Assembly: GCA_030390025.1 (NCBI GenBank)
Contig: JASTWF010000339.1
Location: forward strand, 310,001-374,000
Source of the DNA: Squalus acanthias
Lineage: Eukaryota
Reading direction: 5' to 3'
Length of the DNA stretch: 64,000 bases
Position numbers and translations under genes: made by a program. Shown one piece after another: positions 1 through 11,480 of this stretch (positions are counted from its first letter, which is position 1; each line of letters opens with the position of its first letter). Below the pieces are notes generated by a model, which saw only the letters and a program-made list of their open reading frames with translations, had not been told where the DNA came from and did no database searches.

Positions 1-1915
1 CCTCTCGGCTTACGCCGATGACGTGCTCCTCGCGGTCACGGATCCCGTCGACTTGCGGAGGATGCGAGAATGCCAGCAGATTTACTCAGACGCATCCTCC
101 GCCAAGATCAACTGGGAGAAATGTTCTGGACTCCTGGTGGGCCCATGGCGGGTGGACTCCCTGCCGGAGGAGTTCGGGCCTTTCGCCTGGAGCACCACGC
201 ACCTCCTCTACCTGGGAGTCTACCTCAGCCCGGCCGAGGACGCCTGGCCGGCGAACTGGCAAGAGCTGGAGGCCAAAGTCACCGCTCGCCTAGGGCGCTG
301 GACAGGACTGCTCCGAGTGTTGTCCTACAGGGGTCGAGCGCTGGTCATAAACCAGCTGGTGGCCGCCATGTTGTGGTACCGGTTGGTCACTTTGATCCCT
401 CCCCCTGCGTTTGTCGCCAAGATGCAGAAGAAGCTCGTCGACTTCTTCTGGGACAAAAGGAAGCACTGGGTCTCTGCCGCGGTTTTGAGTCTCCCGCTTA
501 GGGAGGGCGGTCAGGCGCTGGTGTGCCTTCGCACCCAGGCGGCGACTTTCCGTCTTCAGACGCTGCAGAGATACCTGTACGTGGAGAATCCTCCTAGGTG
601 GCGTGCGCTGGCGACGTATTTCTTCCGCCAGCTGCACGGCCTCAATTACGACACGCAGCTCCTGTTTGTGAGAGTGGGTGGCACGCGTGCCAGCCTGCGG
701 GAGCTGCCTGTCTTCTACCAGGAACTGCTATGGGTTTGGAACAGCGTCGCCTCCGAGCGCAGTTCTCCCCCGTCAGGAGCGGCGGCCGTCCTTCGGGAGC
801 CGCTGTTCAGGAATCCGCACCTCCACGACCGCGGGTTCGGCTGGCTGGCGGAGGGCAGGGCTGTGCCCGGTAAGGTGACCAGAGTCGGGGACCTGCTCGA
901 TGGCGGAGGAGCGGGCTGGATGGCGCCGGAGGAGTTGGCGAGGCGCATGTCCTGGGTCAACGTCCGGCTCGCGGTCAAAGCCATCGAGTCGCTAAAAGTG
1001 GCACTGGGCCCCGTCTCCACTAGGTGTGTCGAGGAGGCTCAAGCACGTGGGGCGATCCCGTCCGAACTGACCCCCGTTCGGACGGAATTCCTTATCGGCG
1101 CCCGGCCCCGAATCCTCCCTCGGGAGCCGCCGCCTCACCACTTGAGCCTTCTCGGAGAAATGCCCTCCGTGCCCTTTCAATCCGCACGGAGGCGTTTCCT
1201 GTACGGGCTGCTCCTGCACACTCTCCACTTTGCCATCTTCATCTGCCGTCCGGACACGCCTTGGCGTACCATCCTGCCGTCCGGCGGAGGCGAAGGTCCC
1301 CATTGGAAGGCTCTCTACGCGGGAGTCTTCCCTTGTTCTATTGGGGACTTGGCCTGGAGGGTGTTGCACGGAGCAGTCCCGTGCAATAGGATTTTAAGTA
1401 GGTTTACGGACTCCCAGGCTGCTTGTCATTTCTGCGGCCTGGAGGAGTCCGTCTATCACATTTATATTGAGTGTGAGAGGTTGCAGCCCCTCTTTCATTA
1501 TTTGAAGGGGCTGCTCCTCAATTTCTGGTTGCACTTCAGCCCCACGCTCCTGATCTACGGTCACCCGGTGCGGAGGGGAGCGGGTAGGTCGGAGGACCTC
1601 CTCGTAGGACTGCTCCTGGGCCTGGCCAAGAAAGCCATTAATTGGTCCAGGCAGCGGGCGGTCGAGGGGGTCGTTCGGCCCGATTGCCTGCCTCTCTTCC
1701 GCGGCCATGTTCGCGCCCGGGTGGCCCTGGAGATGGAGCACGCGGTGTCCGCCGGCACGCTTGAGTTTTTCCGCGACCGGTGGGCGCCGCGGGGACTGGA
1801 GTGCATCGTCACCCCGGACTTTCAAATTTTGATTTGATTTATTAAGTTTCATTTAAAGTTTTAATTGATTTACAGTAAATTTTGATTTGTCCAACCTGAT
1901 TTGTCCAACCAAAAA
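1..1915 (+). mobile_element. Tx1-clade non-LTR retrotransposon, 3' part of ORF2 (RT end + C-terminal zinc finger) and short AT-rich 3' UTR; 5' end lies outside the window
   Basis: Frame is open from window start (LSAYADDVLL, YADD at 11-22) to the stop at 1837; LSYRGRALVINQL, LPLREGG and CHFCGLEESVYHIYIEC motifs are typical of L1/Tx1 ORF2; GC/CpG-rich and uninterrupted. Confidence 0.9.
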
Positions 1916-1918
1916 GAT

Positions 1919-1970
1919 CAACACCAGGTTATAGTCCAACAGCTTTATTTGAAATCACAAGCTTTCGGGT
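1919..1970 (-). mobile_element. Penelope-like element 3'-end remnant
   Basis: Reverse complement matches 53630-53680 (ccgaaagcttgtgatttcaaataaa..tgttggactataacctggtgttg). Confidence 0.6.
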
Positions 1971-1987
1971 TTATATCCTGACCCAGC

Positions 1988-2062
1988 GGGAACCCGCTCT
2001 GTGTGGGGGCGGGGCCTGGGTAACCCGCTCTGTGGGTGCGGGGCCTGGGGAACCCGCTCTAT
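1988..2062. repeat. Short tandem repeat, ~31-bp unit, about 2.5 copies
   Basis: aacccgctctgtg..gcggggcctggg repeated. Confidence 0.7.
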
Positions 2063-2067
2063 GAATG

Positions 2068-2262
2068 ACTACTTACAGCGAGACACCAAATCTAGGGACA
2101 ACTTACAGTGTCACACCAAATCCAGGGAACAGTTACACTGAGACACCAAATCCAGGGATCACTTACACTGAGACACCAAATCCAGGGACCACTTATACTG
2201 AGACACCAAATCCAGGGACCACTTACAATGTGACACCAAGTCCAGGGACCATTTACACTGAG
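2068..2262. repeat. 30-bp minisatellite, about 6.5 copies
   Basis: Unit acttacactgagacaccaaatccagggacc. Confidence 0.9.
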
Positions 2263-3327
2263 TCTATAAAATGTGAATCAGAAAGCCTCAGTATGGGGAA
2301 TGGTCATGGTGGTGAAATCAGCTCCTGTGAGGGTGAAAGGTGGGTAATGGATGAAGGTATGACGGTGGAATCAGATGGCGACTGGTGGGGCCTGGTGACA
2401 GGTTATTGTCAGAAGCCCTTTTCAGGCAGGCCAATGATTGGATGTAACCAGAACAACATCTGGATCCGCCTGTTCTCGTCCCAAAGTCTAATGACCCTGA
2501 TTTCTTTTTCTGTGTCAAATGTAAAGATGTGAAAGAAGGGAGGAAATCAGGCTCGGGACAGAAAGATGGTTCCTTGAATGAACAATTCATGACGTTTTCC
2601 GACTCATCATGCATGAGGTTAAAACACCATGAAATGAAAGAGTACATGTCTAGTGACACTGGCGTTGTCAATAGTGGTTTCTATCCCTAATCACTGTCTC
2701 AAAGCCTAACATCCTAACCCGAACCCCAGCCCCTAAACCCTAACCAAGGATTACTGACAGGGATCAATGGAGCAGCTAAAGACCTGATAAAGGAAGTATT
2801 TGAAACAATTATCTCGAATAAAGAAATAGTGCAATGTATGTTAGTAACAAGAGATTAAATCAAAGAGACCATCAAAATCAGCAATGATAATTACAAAGAT
2901 CAGAACATTTCAAAGGCGATCACAAGCAATATGTGTGAAGGAGTTTTTACTAAATCGGATCCAAAAAGGGTTAAATGATACAGAAAATAACGGATTTCAA
3001 ATCTTATGCAGGATAGTTCTATAGAGGGGTGGACACTGCAGTTCAGTCTATGACACCCACAAGCCATGTACTCAAACGGAACAAGCTTGGGGTTAGATGT
3101 GGTAGAAAGTGAACTAGGTGAGAATCGTTATAATCTAGAGTAAGAAATGCCCCAAAATGGAACAGTCAGTAACAGAACATCAATGTGTCTCCTCTTATCA
3201 CAGAGAAATCAAATATTCAATACACTGTACAATAGCAAAATACTGCGGATGCTGGAAATCTGAAATAATGACAGAAAATGCTGGAAATACTCAGTAGGTC
3301 AGGCAGCATCCATGGAGAGAGAAACAG

Positions 3328-3364
3328 AGTTAACGTTTCAGGTCTGTGACCCTTCGTCAGAACT
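3328..3364 (-). ncRNA. Minimal type I hammerhead ribozyme motif
   Basis: Minus strand AGTT-CTGACGA-A-GGGTC-ACA-GACCT-GAAACGTT-AACT: core, stem II, palindromic stem III, stem I AGTT/AACT. Confidence 0.8.
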
Positions 3365-3998
3365 GGAAAAAGTTCGAGATGTAACAGATTTTAAGCAGGT
3401 GCAGAGGCAGAGAAAGGGGATGGGGAGGAAAGAACAAAAGGGACGGTCTGTGATTGGGTGGAAGGCAGGAGTGGTTAAATGTTGCAAATGGGGATGGCAG
3501 AATCATCAACGCCTGAAAAAATAGGGGCAGGGGTTATAGTCTGAAATTGTTGAACTCAATGCTGAGTCCAGAAGGCTGTAATGTGTCTAAACAAAAGATG
3601 AGGTGCTGTTCCTCCAGCTTACGTTGAGCTTCTTTGGAACAGTGTAAGAGGCCGAGGACGGAGAGGTCAGAGTGGGAGTGGAGTGGAGAGTTAAAGTGAC
3701 AGGCGACCGGAAGCCCAGGGTCACCCTTACGGACTGAACAGAAGTGTTCTGTAAGGGTCACCCAATCTGCGTTTGGTCTCCCTAGTGTAGAGGAGATCAC
3801 ATCGTGAGCAGTGAATACAGTATACTAATTTCCAAGAAGTACATGTAAATCACTGTTTCACCTGGAAGGGGTGTTTGGGGCCCTGGACAGTGGGAAGGGA
3901 GGAGGTAAAAGGGCAGGTGTTGCATCTCCTGTGCTTGCACGGGAAGGTACCGTGGGGAGGAGAGGGGCTGTACATCTGTTACATCTCTAACTTTTTCC

Positions 3999-4035
3999 AG
4001 TTCTGACGAAGGGTCACAGATCTGAAATGCTAACT
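3999..4035 (+). ncRNA. Degenerate hammerhead ribozyme motif (inverted copy)
   Basis: AGTT-CTGACGA-A-GGGTC-ACA-GATCT-GAAATGCT-AACT; stem III palindrome is mutated. Confidence 0.55.
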
Positions 4036-4604
4036 CTGTTTCTCTCTCCACGGATGCTGCCTGATCTGCTGAGTATTTTCAGCATTTTCTGTTGTTATTG
4101 AATACACTGTGTTTGAAACAAAGCTGATTTATTCAATATTTATACAGAATATTAATCTCCAGCCCAGGTATAGGGGTTATTAAGATCAGCAGAAACAGAC
4201 TCTAACTGCTAGAATTAACATGGTTCAAATATTTTTATTCAAAAACAATAATACCTGTACAACTCATCAATTACATAGTAAATCCATTACATAGTAAATC
4301 CATTACATTCATCCATCACAGTAAAAACTAAAGCCTTAAAAACAGCCTTATAGTTAATATAAATGCAATGATTAATTGTACAAATAATCAATAATGTTTA
4401 CAGTACAAATACCCTTAAACAATACCACACAACCTTTTAGATTTAAAATAATAAATCTCAAAGTTAACTCCACATAGAACAAAAACCATTTCAACACCAG
4501 TGTATAAACACATAGCACCATCATAATCCAATTAAATGCTACAGATAACATTTATTCCAATAAACCAAGAAAAAACCCGTTTTACGCCAGTCCTACTGGC
4601 ATTG

Positions 4605-5075
4605 TTCGTTCGATCATTTGATCATTCATTCAATTGTTCATTCGTTCATTCAAGCGTTCGTTCGTTCGATCGAGTGTAAGTTCCAATATGTATGTATGAG
4701 TGCGTGCATGCGTATCATTTGTCTAAGTGCGCGCCTGCGTGCGTTCGCTCGAATCGTTCGTCTGATCGTTCAACACGTGATTATTCATTCGATCGAGTGT
4801 AACTTCCAATGTGCATGCTTGCGTTCGCTCGAATCGTTCGTTCGACCACTACACCATGAGGTCGTTCGTTCGATCGAGTGTAAGCTCCATTATGTATGTC
4901 TGAATGCGTGCGTGCGTATCATTTGTCTAAGTGCGCGCTTGCGTGCGTTCGCTCGAATCGTTCGTTCTATCACTGCACAAGTGATCATTCGTTCGATCGA
5001 GTGTAAGTTCCAATATGCATGAATGCGTTCGTTCGAATCGTTCGTCCGTTCGTTCACTCGTAGTCCGTTCGTTCA
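4605..5075. repeat. CpG-dense complex repeat, ~204-bp dimer with four TTCGATCGAGTGTAA cores
   Basis: Cores start at 4665, 4788, 4869 and 4992 (spacing 123/81/123), embedded in CGTT/CATT microrepeats. Confidence 0.85.
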
Positions 5076-5879
5076 ATAAATTACCAATATTAATTTACTT
5101 TATCTTTTCAACCACACCAACACTAGACAATAACCTCAAAATAAGTTCCTACATAACCACCAATACATCATCATGTGCAAATTCCCACAGTCCTTATCAG
5201 AAAATCAATTAAGCTTCAAGTAAACTGCTTTCAAACAGAAAACCTGAAACCTTCCCAACAAAACAATTAAATACCAGTTCTACGCCAGTCCTATTGGCAA
5301 TCCATTATCGAATATCATTTGATGTTGTCGAACCATGTAAAGTCATAGTCCTTGTCCACAGTCTTCAGCCCTTCCACGGAAAAAGCCATCCATCCACTTC
5401 CTGAAATCCCGTAAAAAAAGACCGAACACTCAAATCTTCTTCTGCTTGCTGTTATCGCTCACAGGACCCAACCATCAAAGAATACTCATCATTCCTTACT
5501 GATATTACTTTGCTCTGTCTTTTAATTTCCTTTTATTTTCCGTCTTTTAACCATTCACATTTTCCATCTTGTAACTGCTCACATACCACATTACAGATGG
5601 AAACAGTTTGTCTTTCCTCCCCCAATATGGCGACGCATAAACCGGTCCTATGACCAAGAAAAAGGTTTCACAGCTGCCGCCAGGCAGAGCAGATGCTGGG
5701 CCGCTGGAACTCATTCAGGCCCGAAACCATTCTGTAACTTTCAGAACCAGTGCAGCAATGCTCACCAATCGCATCTCCCGACTCCACCTCTGCTGACCAG
5801 CCGCCCTGCCCTGGGCCCCCCGCCTGGGGTTCTCCGTGCTGGGCCTCCCGCCCAGGCCACTCTCCTCCGGGTCTTCCAC

Positions 5880-6085
5880 CTTGGGCCTTCTGCACCGGGC
5901 CCTCCGCACCGGCATTCCCCCGCGAGCAGCCGGGGTGTGGAGCAGCCCGTTCACACAGCACCGAGTTAAGCCGAGTTGAAAATCTCACAGCCTTTCCTCC
6001 CCGGGCCTTCTGCACCGGGCCCTCCGCACCGGCATTCCCCGCAAGCAGCCGGGGTGCGGAGCTCACCCGTTCACACAGCACCAAA
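5880..6085. repeat. 120-bp GC-rich tandem duplication
   Basis: gggccttctgcaccgggccctccgcaccggcattcccc at 5883 and 6003. Confidence 0.85.
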
Positions 6086-6199
6086 CTGAGCTGAGAATCT
6101 TGCAGCCTGGGCTTCGATTTTGTCATTGGGGCGGGCTGGGCATGAACATGGTTCAGTGCTCAATTTAATCCTTGTAAATACTCTTCCATTCACTAATGC

Positions 6200-6570
6200 A
6201 GCCTTTCAATGGCGGAGCTTTTACCCAGCATTCCCCGCGGGGGAGAATGTGCCGCACCCAGACTATAAAAGCCCAGTGCGCAGGCGCGGGACCCGCTTGA
6301 GTTTGGAGCATGAGTGTGTCATCGCATAAGACGGAGGTTGTAGACCAGGCCCGCATGAAATGTTAAGAAACGGCCCGACGGAGCGGAGTAACGGACCGGC
6401 GAGTCTTCATAAATAACTGGTGTAGGCTGCAAGTACCGAATAATAAACTGAAGGTCCCGCATTTGCAGCTTCGGGGCTTCTCCCGGTCACAGGCCCAGGA
6501 TAACGGCCGCCATCTTGATTCAGTGAGTAGTAAAGCGCATGCGCGATCATATTGGCGCAGGAACAAAGAG
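6200..6570 (+). promoter_or_regulatory. CpG-rich promoter of ZNF gene A
   Basis: ZNF143/Staf-like TTACCCAGCATTCCCCGCG 6221-6239, TATAAAA ~6264, YY1-type CCGCCATCTTG 6507-6517, NRF1-type GCGCATGCGC 6535-6544; homologous to the ZNF B promoter. Confidence 0.6.
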
Positions 6571-7058
6571 TGGTAAATCTGAGCTTTGAGCCTATATTGA
6601 AGGTGTTGTGTGATGGTGGGGTTCGGCCCCAGTCACTGTTTGCCCTCCAGTACCTTGCCGATTGCTAATTCTGAGCTGTGAGCCTATACTGAAGGTGCTG
6701 TGTGATGGTGGGGTTCGGCCCCAGTCACTGTTTGCCCTCCAGTACCTTGCCGATTGCTAATTCTGAGCTGTGAGCCTATACTGAAGGTGCTGTGTGATGG
6801 TGGGGTTCGGTCCCAGTCACTGTTTACCCTCCAGTACCTTGCCGAGTGGTAATTCTGAGCTGTGAGCCTATACTGAAGGTGCTGTGTGATGGTGGGGTTC
6901 GGTCCCAGTCACTGTTTGCCCTCCAGTACCTTGCTGAGTGGTAATTCTGAGCTGTGAGCCTATACTGAAAGTGTTGTGTGATGGTGGGGTTCGGTCCCAG
7001 TCACTGTTTGCCCTCCAGTACCTTGCCGAGTGGTAATTTTGAGCTTTGAGCCAATACT
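6569..7058. repeat. 90-bp minisatellite, about 5.4 copies
   Basis: Unit aattctgagctgtgagcctatactgaaggtgctgtgtgatggtggggttcgg...ccagtaccttgccga. Confidence 0.95.
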
Positions 7059-7414
7059 ATGAGCTGCCAGCACTTCGACCATGGGGAGCAGCACAGCTGC
7101 CGTCCCTGGCTGATTCTGTCTGGCGAAGCTGAGGGCAATGGTAGCACACCAACAACAACTTGCATTTACATAGCGCCTTTAATGTAGTAAAACGTTCCAA
7201 GGTCCTTCACAAGAGCGAAATCTGTCAAAAACTGACTCCGAGCCAAAGAAGGAGAGATTCGGACAGGTGACCAAAGACTTGGTCAAAGATCTTGGGGCCG
7301 AGGTAACTGAAGGCACGGCTGCCAATGGTGGAGCCTAGGGAGTGGGGATTGTACAAGAGGCCCGAGTGGGAAGAACGCAGATTTCATAGAATCACAGAAT
7401 GATACACAAGAAGT

Positions 7415-7980
7415 TATTTCACTAAATTAGGGCTCATGGGGTTAGGGGTAAAATATTAGCATGGATTGAGGATTGGTTAACGGGCAGAAAACAGGGAGTA
7501 GGGATAAACAGGTCACTTTCGGGTTGGCAGGCTGTAACTCGTCGGGTACAGCAAGGATCAGTGCTTGGGCCTCAGTTATTTACAATCTGTATCAATGACT
7601 TCGATGAGGGGACCGAGTGTAATGTATCCAAGTTTGCTGACGATACAAAGCTAGCTGGGAAAGTAAGCTGTGAGGAGGACACAAAGAGCCCGTGGCAGAT
7701 GGAGTATAATGTGGAGAAATGTGAAGTTATCCACTTAGGTGGGAAAAATAGAAAAGCAGAATATTTTTTAAATGGTGAGAGATGGAAATGTTGGTGTTCA
7801 GAGGGACCTGCGTGTCCTTGTACATGAATCACAGAAAGTTAACATGCAGGTACAGCAAGCAAGTGGTAAGTTAGCCTTTATTACAAATGCATTGGGGTAT
7901 AAGAGTAAAGAATTCTTCCTACAATTATACAGGGCCTTGGTGAGACCACACCTGGAGTACTGTGGACAGTTCTGGTACTC
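7415..7980 (+). mobile_element. Decayed CR1 LINE RT fragment
   Basis: [32 protein letters not shown] in broken frames. Confidence 0.85.
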
Positions 7981-8551
7981 TCAGAATGCTGTTAGGTGAG
8001 GAGTTCCAGGATTTTCACCCAGCGACGATGTAGGAATGGCGATATATGTCCAAGTCAGGATAGTGTGTGACTTGGAGGGAACTGGGAGGTGATGGTGTTC
8101 CCATGCACCTTCTAGGTGGTGGAGGTTGCGTGTTTGGGAGGTGCTGTCAAAGTTCTAGTCGAGTTACAGATGTATAAAGTCGCTCTCCTTCACTCCTCCC
8201 CCTCCCACCTCACTCTCTCTCCTCCCATAGAGGCCAGAGTCTTGTGTAGGCCCGGACCGGGTGGCGGGTTCCCTTCCCTGAAGGACATTAGTGAACCAGT
8301 TGGGTTTTTACGACAATCCGGCAGCTTTCATGGTCACTTTTTTCTGGTGCCGGCCCCGCAAATTCCCAGATTCATTCAGCTCAATTTCACAACCTGCCTT
8401 TGTGTTTTTCTGGGTTCTCGTACCCTCCCTTTTTCCTGTTTTAAATTCATTTTACAGGCTGTTCGAAGGGGAGGATTTGCAGACAGGAAACTCAAACCAA
8501 ACATCACTTCAAGACCTGACAGAGTCACTCAATTCATCAGGACATTGGAGC

Positions 8552-9085
8552 ATGGAAGCAGAAAGCACCATTCAGAGCGGGGAGAAACCGTACACGTGTT
8601 CTGTGTGTGGACGAGGCTTCAGCCGATCCTCTTGCCTGTCGAGACACAAGCGCAGTCACACCGGGGAGAAACCGTGTAAATGTGGGGACTGTGGGAAGCG
8701 ATTCAACTACCCGTGTGAGCTGGAAACTCATCGACGAGTTCACACTGGGGAGAGGCCGTTCACCTGCTCCGAGTGTGGGAAGGGATTCATTGATTCATCC
8801 CACCTCCTGAGACACCAACTTGTTCATACTGATAAGAGACCTTTTAAATGTTCTGACTGTGAGAAGAGATTTAAAAGAAAAACGGATCTGCTGACACACC
8901 AGCGAGTTCACACCGGGGAGAGACCATTCACCTGCACTGAGTGTGGGAAGGGATTCAGTCTGTCACCCGACCTGCTGAGACACCAGCGAGTTCACACCGG
9001 GGAGAGACCATTCACCTGCTCCGTGTGTGGGAAGGGATTCACTCGGTCATCCAACCTGCTGAGACACCAGCGAGTACACAAGTGA
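8552..9085 (+). CDS. C2H2 zinc-finger protein A (6 fingers, no KRAB seen)
   Basis: Six CxxC..HxxxH repeats with TGE(K/R)P linkers; acceptor tttacAG at 8456-8457; first in-frame ATG after the acceptor at 8552 (start inferred); AATAAA 9222-9227. Confidence 0.85.
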   Translation: MEAESTIQSGEKPYTCSVCGRGFSRSSCLSRHKRSHTGEKPCKCGDCGKRFNYPCELETHRRVHTGERPFTCSECGKGFIDSSHLLRHQLVHTDKRPFKCSDCEKRFKRKTDLLTHQRVHTGERPFTCTECGKGFSLSPDLLRHQRVHTGERPFTCSVCGKGFTRSSNLLRHQRVHK

Positions 9086-9692
9086 CTGCAGGGGTTGGAT
9101 TCTGATGTTATTACTGCTACTAATTACATCCCGGACTGAACCATGATCATTCTGACAGCTGGGGTTTGTTTCTGCTGATGTTAATAACTGGGCTGGAGTT
9201 TAATATTCTGGATATATGTCAAATAAATCAGCTTTGCTTTAAACACATTGTTGTGGATTTTTGTCATTCCCACCTGAGTGTTTAGCATCACCTGGCTGGA
9301 GCTCAGAAAGGACAATCTGGGGGGAGGATCGTATGGCGGGAACAGAACTACAGCCTGGACACAGTCCTTCAGGGCCACACTGAGAGGGGCTAACGGCACT
9401 TTGGTCTTTCTCGTCTCTCTTCACTGAAAGGAAAGTTGCCGGGCAGATTAAGAACATAAGAAAAGATCATAAGAATTAGGAGCAGGAGTAGGTCACACGG
9501 CCCCTCGACTCAGGACTGTTTCACACACACATATTAAATCTTCGTGGAATAATTACCAGCCATTTTTAGACTGGAAACTTAACCCTGCCGTTTCACTTTC
9601 AGTCAGGAACAGATCGCAGTTTGACACCAATCTCTGATTTGACAGCATGTTTCCAGCATTCACCGTTGTTCTTCCTGACTCTAAACACAGTT

Positions 9693-10560
9693 AGAAACAT
9701 AGAAACTAGGAGCAGGAGTAGGCCATTCGGCCCGTCGAGCCTGCTCCACCATTCAATAAGATCATGGCTGATCATCCACCTCAACTCCACTTTCCCACCC
9801 GGTCTCCATATCCCTTGATTCCCCTAGAGTCCAAAAATCTATCTCAGCCTTGAATATACTCAAAGACTGAACATTCACAGCCCTATGGGGCAGAGAATTC
9901 CAAAGATTCACAGCCCTCTGAGTGAAGAAATTCCTCCTCATCGCAGTCTTAAATGGCCGACCCCTTATCCTGAGACTATGCCCCCTAGTTCTAGACACTC
10001 CAGCCAGGGGAAACAACCTCTCACCATCTACCCTGTCAATCCCCTTCAGAATCTTGTATGTTTCAATGAGATCACCTCTCATTCTTCTAAACTCCAGAGA
10101 GTATAGGCCCATTCTACACAATCTCTCATCATAGGACAGCCCTCTCATCCCAGGAATCAATCTCGTGAACCTTCGTTGCACCGCCTCCAAGGCATGTATA
10201 TCCTTCCTTAGATAAAGAGACCAAAACTGTACACAGTACTCCAGGTGTGGTCTCACCAAGGCCCTGTACAATTGTAGCAAGACTTCCTTACTCTTATACT
10301 CCAACCCCTTGCAATAAAGGCCAAAATGCCATTTGCCTTCCTTATTGCTTGCTGTACCTGCATGCTAGCTTTCTGTGTTTCTTGCACGAGGACACCCAAA
10401 TCTCTCTGAACACCAACATTTGAAAGTTTCTCACCATTTACAAAATATTCTGTTTTTCTATTCTTCCTACCAAAGTGAATAACCTCACATTTCCCTACAT
10501 TATACTCCATCTGCCACCTTACTGCCCACTCACTTAGTCTATCTATATCCCTTTGCAGAC
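9693..10560 (-). mobile_element. CR1 LINE 3' fragment with tail
   Basis: LYRALVRPHLEYCVQFW..RRMRGDLIETYKI..FFTQR; ggcctactcctgctcct..(ctatgttt) tail. Confidence 0.9.
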
Positions 10561-10647
10561 CTATATCCCTTTAATCTTGAGGCCGATAAGGAATGTGTCC
10601 CAGCCGCTCTCTTCCATGGGTCAGAGCTCCTAGGCACGGAACAGAAG

Positions 10648-10940
10648 GTCCAAAAATGTGCGGGTTAGGTTGATTTGGCTATGATAAATTGACCCTTAGT
10701 GTTAGGGGGGGATTAAATATGTGGGGTTATGGGGATAGGATGGGATATGTTAGGGGGAATTAAATACGTGGGGTTAGAGGGATAGGGTGGGATATGTGTC
10801 GGTGCAGGCTCGATGGGAATTCTGTGTGGGAAAGCAGGGACAGGGTACTGGATTTGGATGATCAGCCATGATCGTATTGAATGGTGGAGCAGGCTCGACG
10901 GGCCGAATGGCCTACTCCTGCTCCTAGTTTCTATGTTTCT
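10648..10940 (+). mobile_element. 5'-truncated HE1-like SINE with CR1-type tail
   Basis: Matches 60440-60735 and the reverse complement of 55630-55910. Confidence 0.8.
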
Positions 10941-11480
10941 AACTGTGTTTAGAGTCAGGAAGAACAACGGTGAATGCTGGAAACATGCTGTCAAATCAGA
11001 GATTGGTGTCAAACTGCGATCTGTTCCTGACTGAAAGTGAAACGGCAGGGTTAAGTTTCCAGTCTAAAAATGGCTGGTAATTATTCCACGAAGATTTAAT
11101 ATGTGTGTGTGAAACAGTCCTGAGTCTACCATTTTAAGGCAGGTGTTAGCTCATTTAAAATAAACCCGTTTAAAATAAATTGGTTAAAGTCTGCATTAAA
11201 ATAGCAGAGGGAGGAGTTCACAGGAGCCTGTTAACTGCTGGTACAATTATACAACAGACATTTGATCTCCAGATAAAGAAGGACCTGCAGCGTGTTTCCA
11301 GGAATTCCCTGTTTTATTGATGTGTGCGTGTTAGACACCAGGATAACTAAAAATACACGACCCAGAACATCCACGGGGTGCGATCCTGACAGTTACTCTG
11401 GGATCACTCCCGCTGCGGAACTCCAACACTGACCCTGCTGAAGGTTGTAGGCTCAGGGAGTGGGGCCTCCAGGAGTGGAC

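Larger units (their letters stand above)
3229..4100 (-). mobile_element. 5'-truncated Penelope-like element (GIY-YIG end) with inverted terminal copy
   Basis: ORF remnant ...PVACHFNS...LEEQHLIF..FNNF; 3264-3389 is repeated inverted at 3974-4099; TSD AATACACTGT at 3219-3228 and 4101-4110; empty site seen at ~14575-14590. Confidence 0.9.
2898..4230 (-). pseudogene. Orphan ZNF-gene 3' UTR/downstream segment with no coding part, interrupted by a Penelope insertion
   Basis: Homologous to 14226-14685, to ZNF B 3' UTR (20340-20530) and to the reverse complement of ZNF A 3' UTR (9160-9250). Confidence 0.65.
9507..11126. repeat. Inverted duplication of ~270 bp (9507-9778 versus 10855-11126)
   Basis: Identical peptide MTPISDLTACFQH... 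appears on opposite strands in the ORF track; DNA is reverse-complementary. Confidence 0.9.

Noticed and set aside
2065..2532. 155-aa ORF with TYTETPNPG repeats
   Set aside because: Arises from the 30-bp minisatellite; no other coding support
2684..2746. Interstitial telomeric repeat
   Set aside because: Only a few degenerate CCCTAA units
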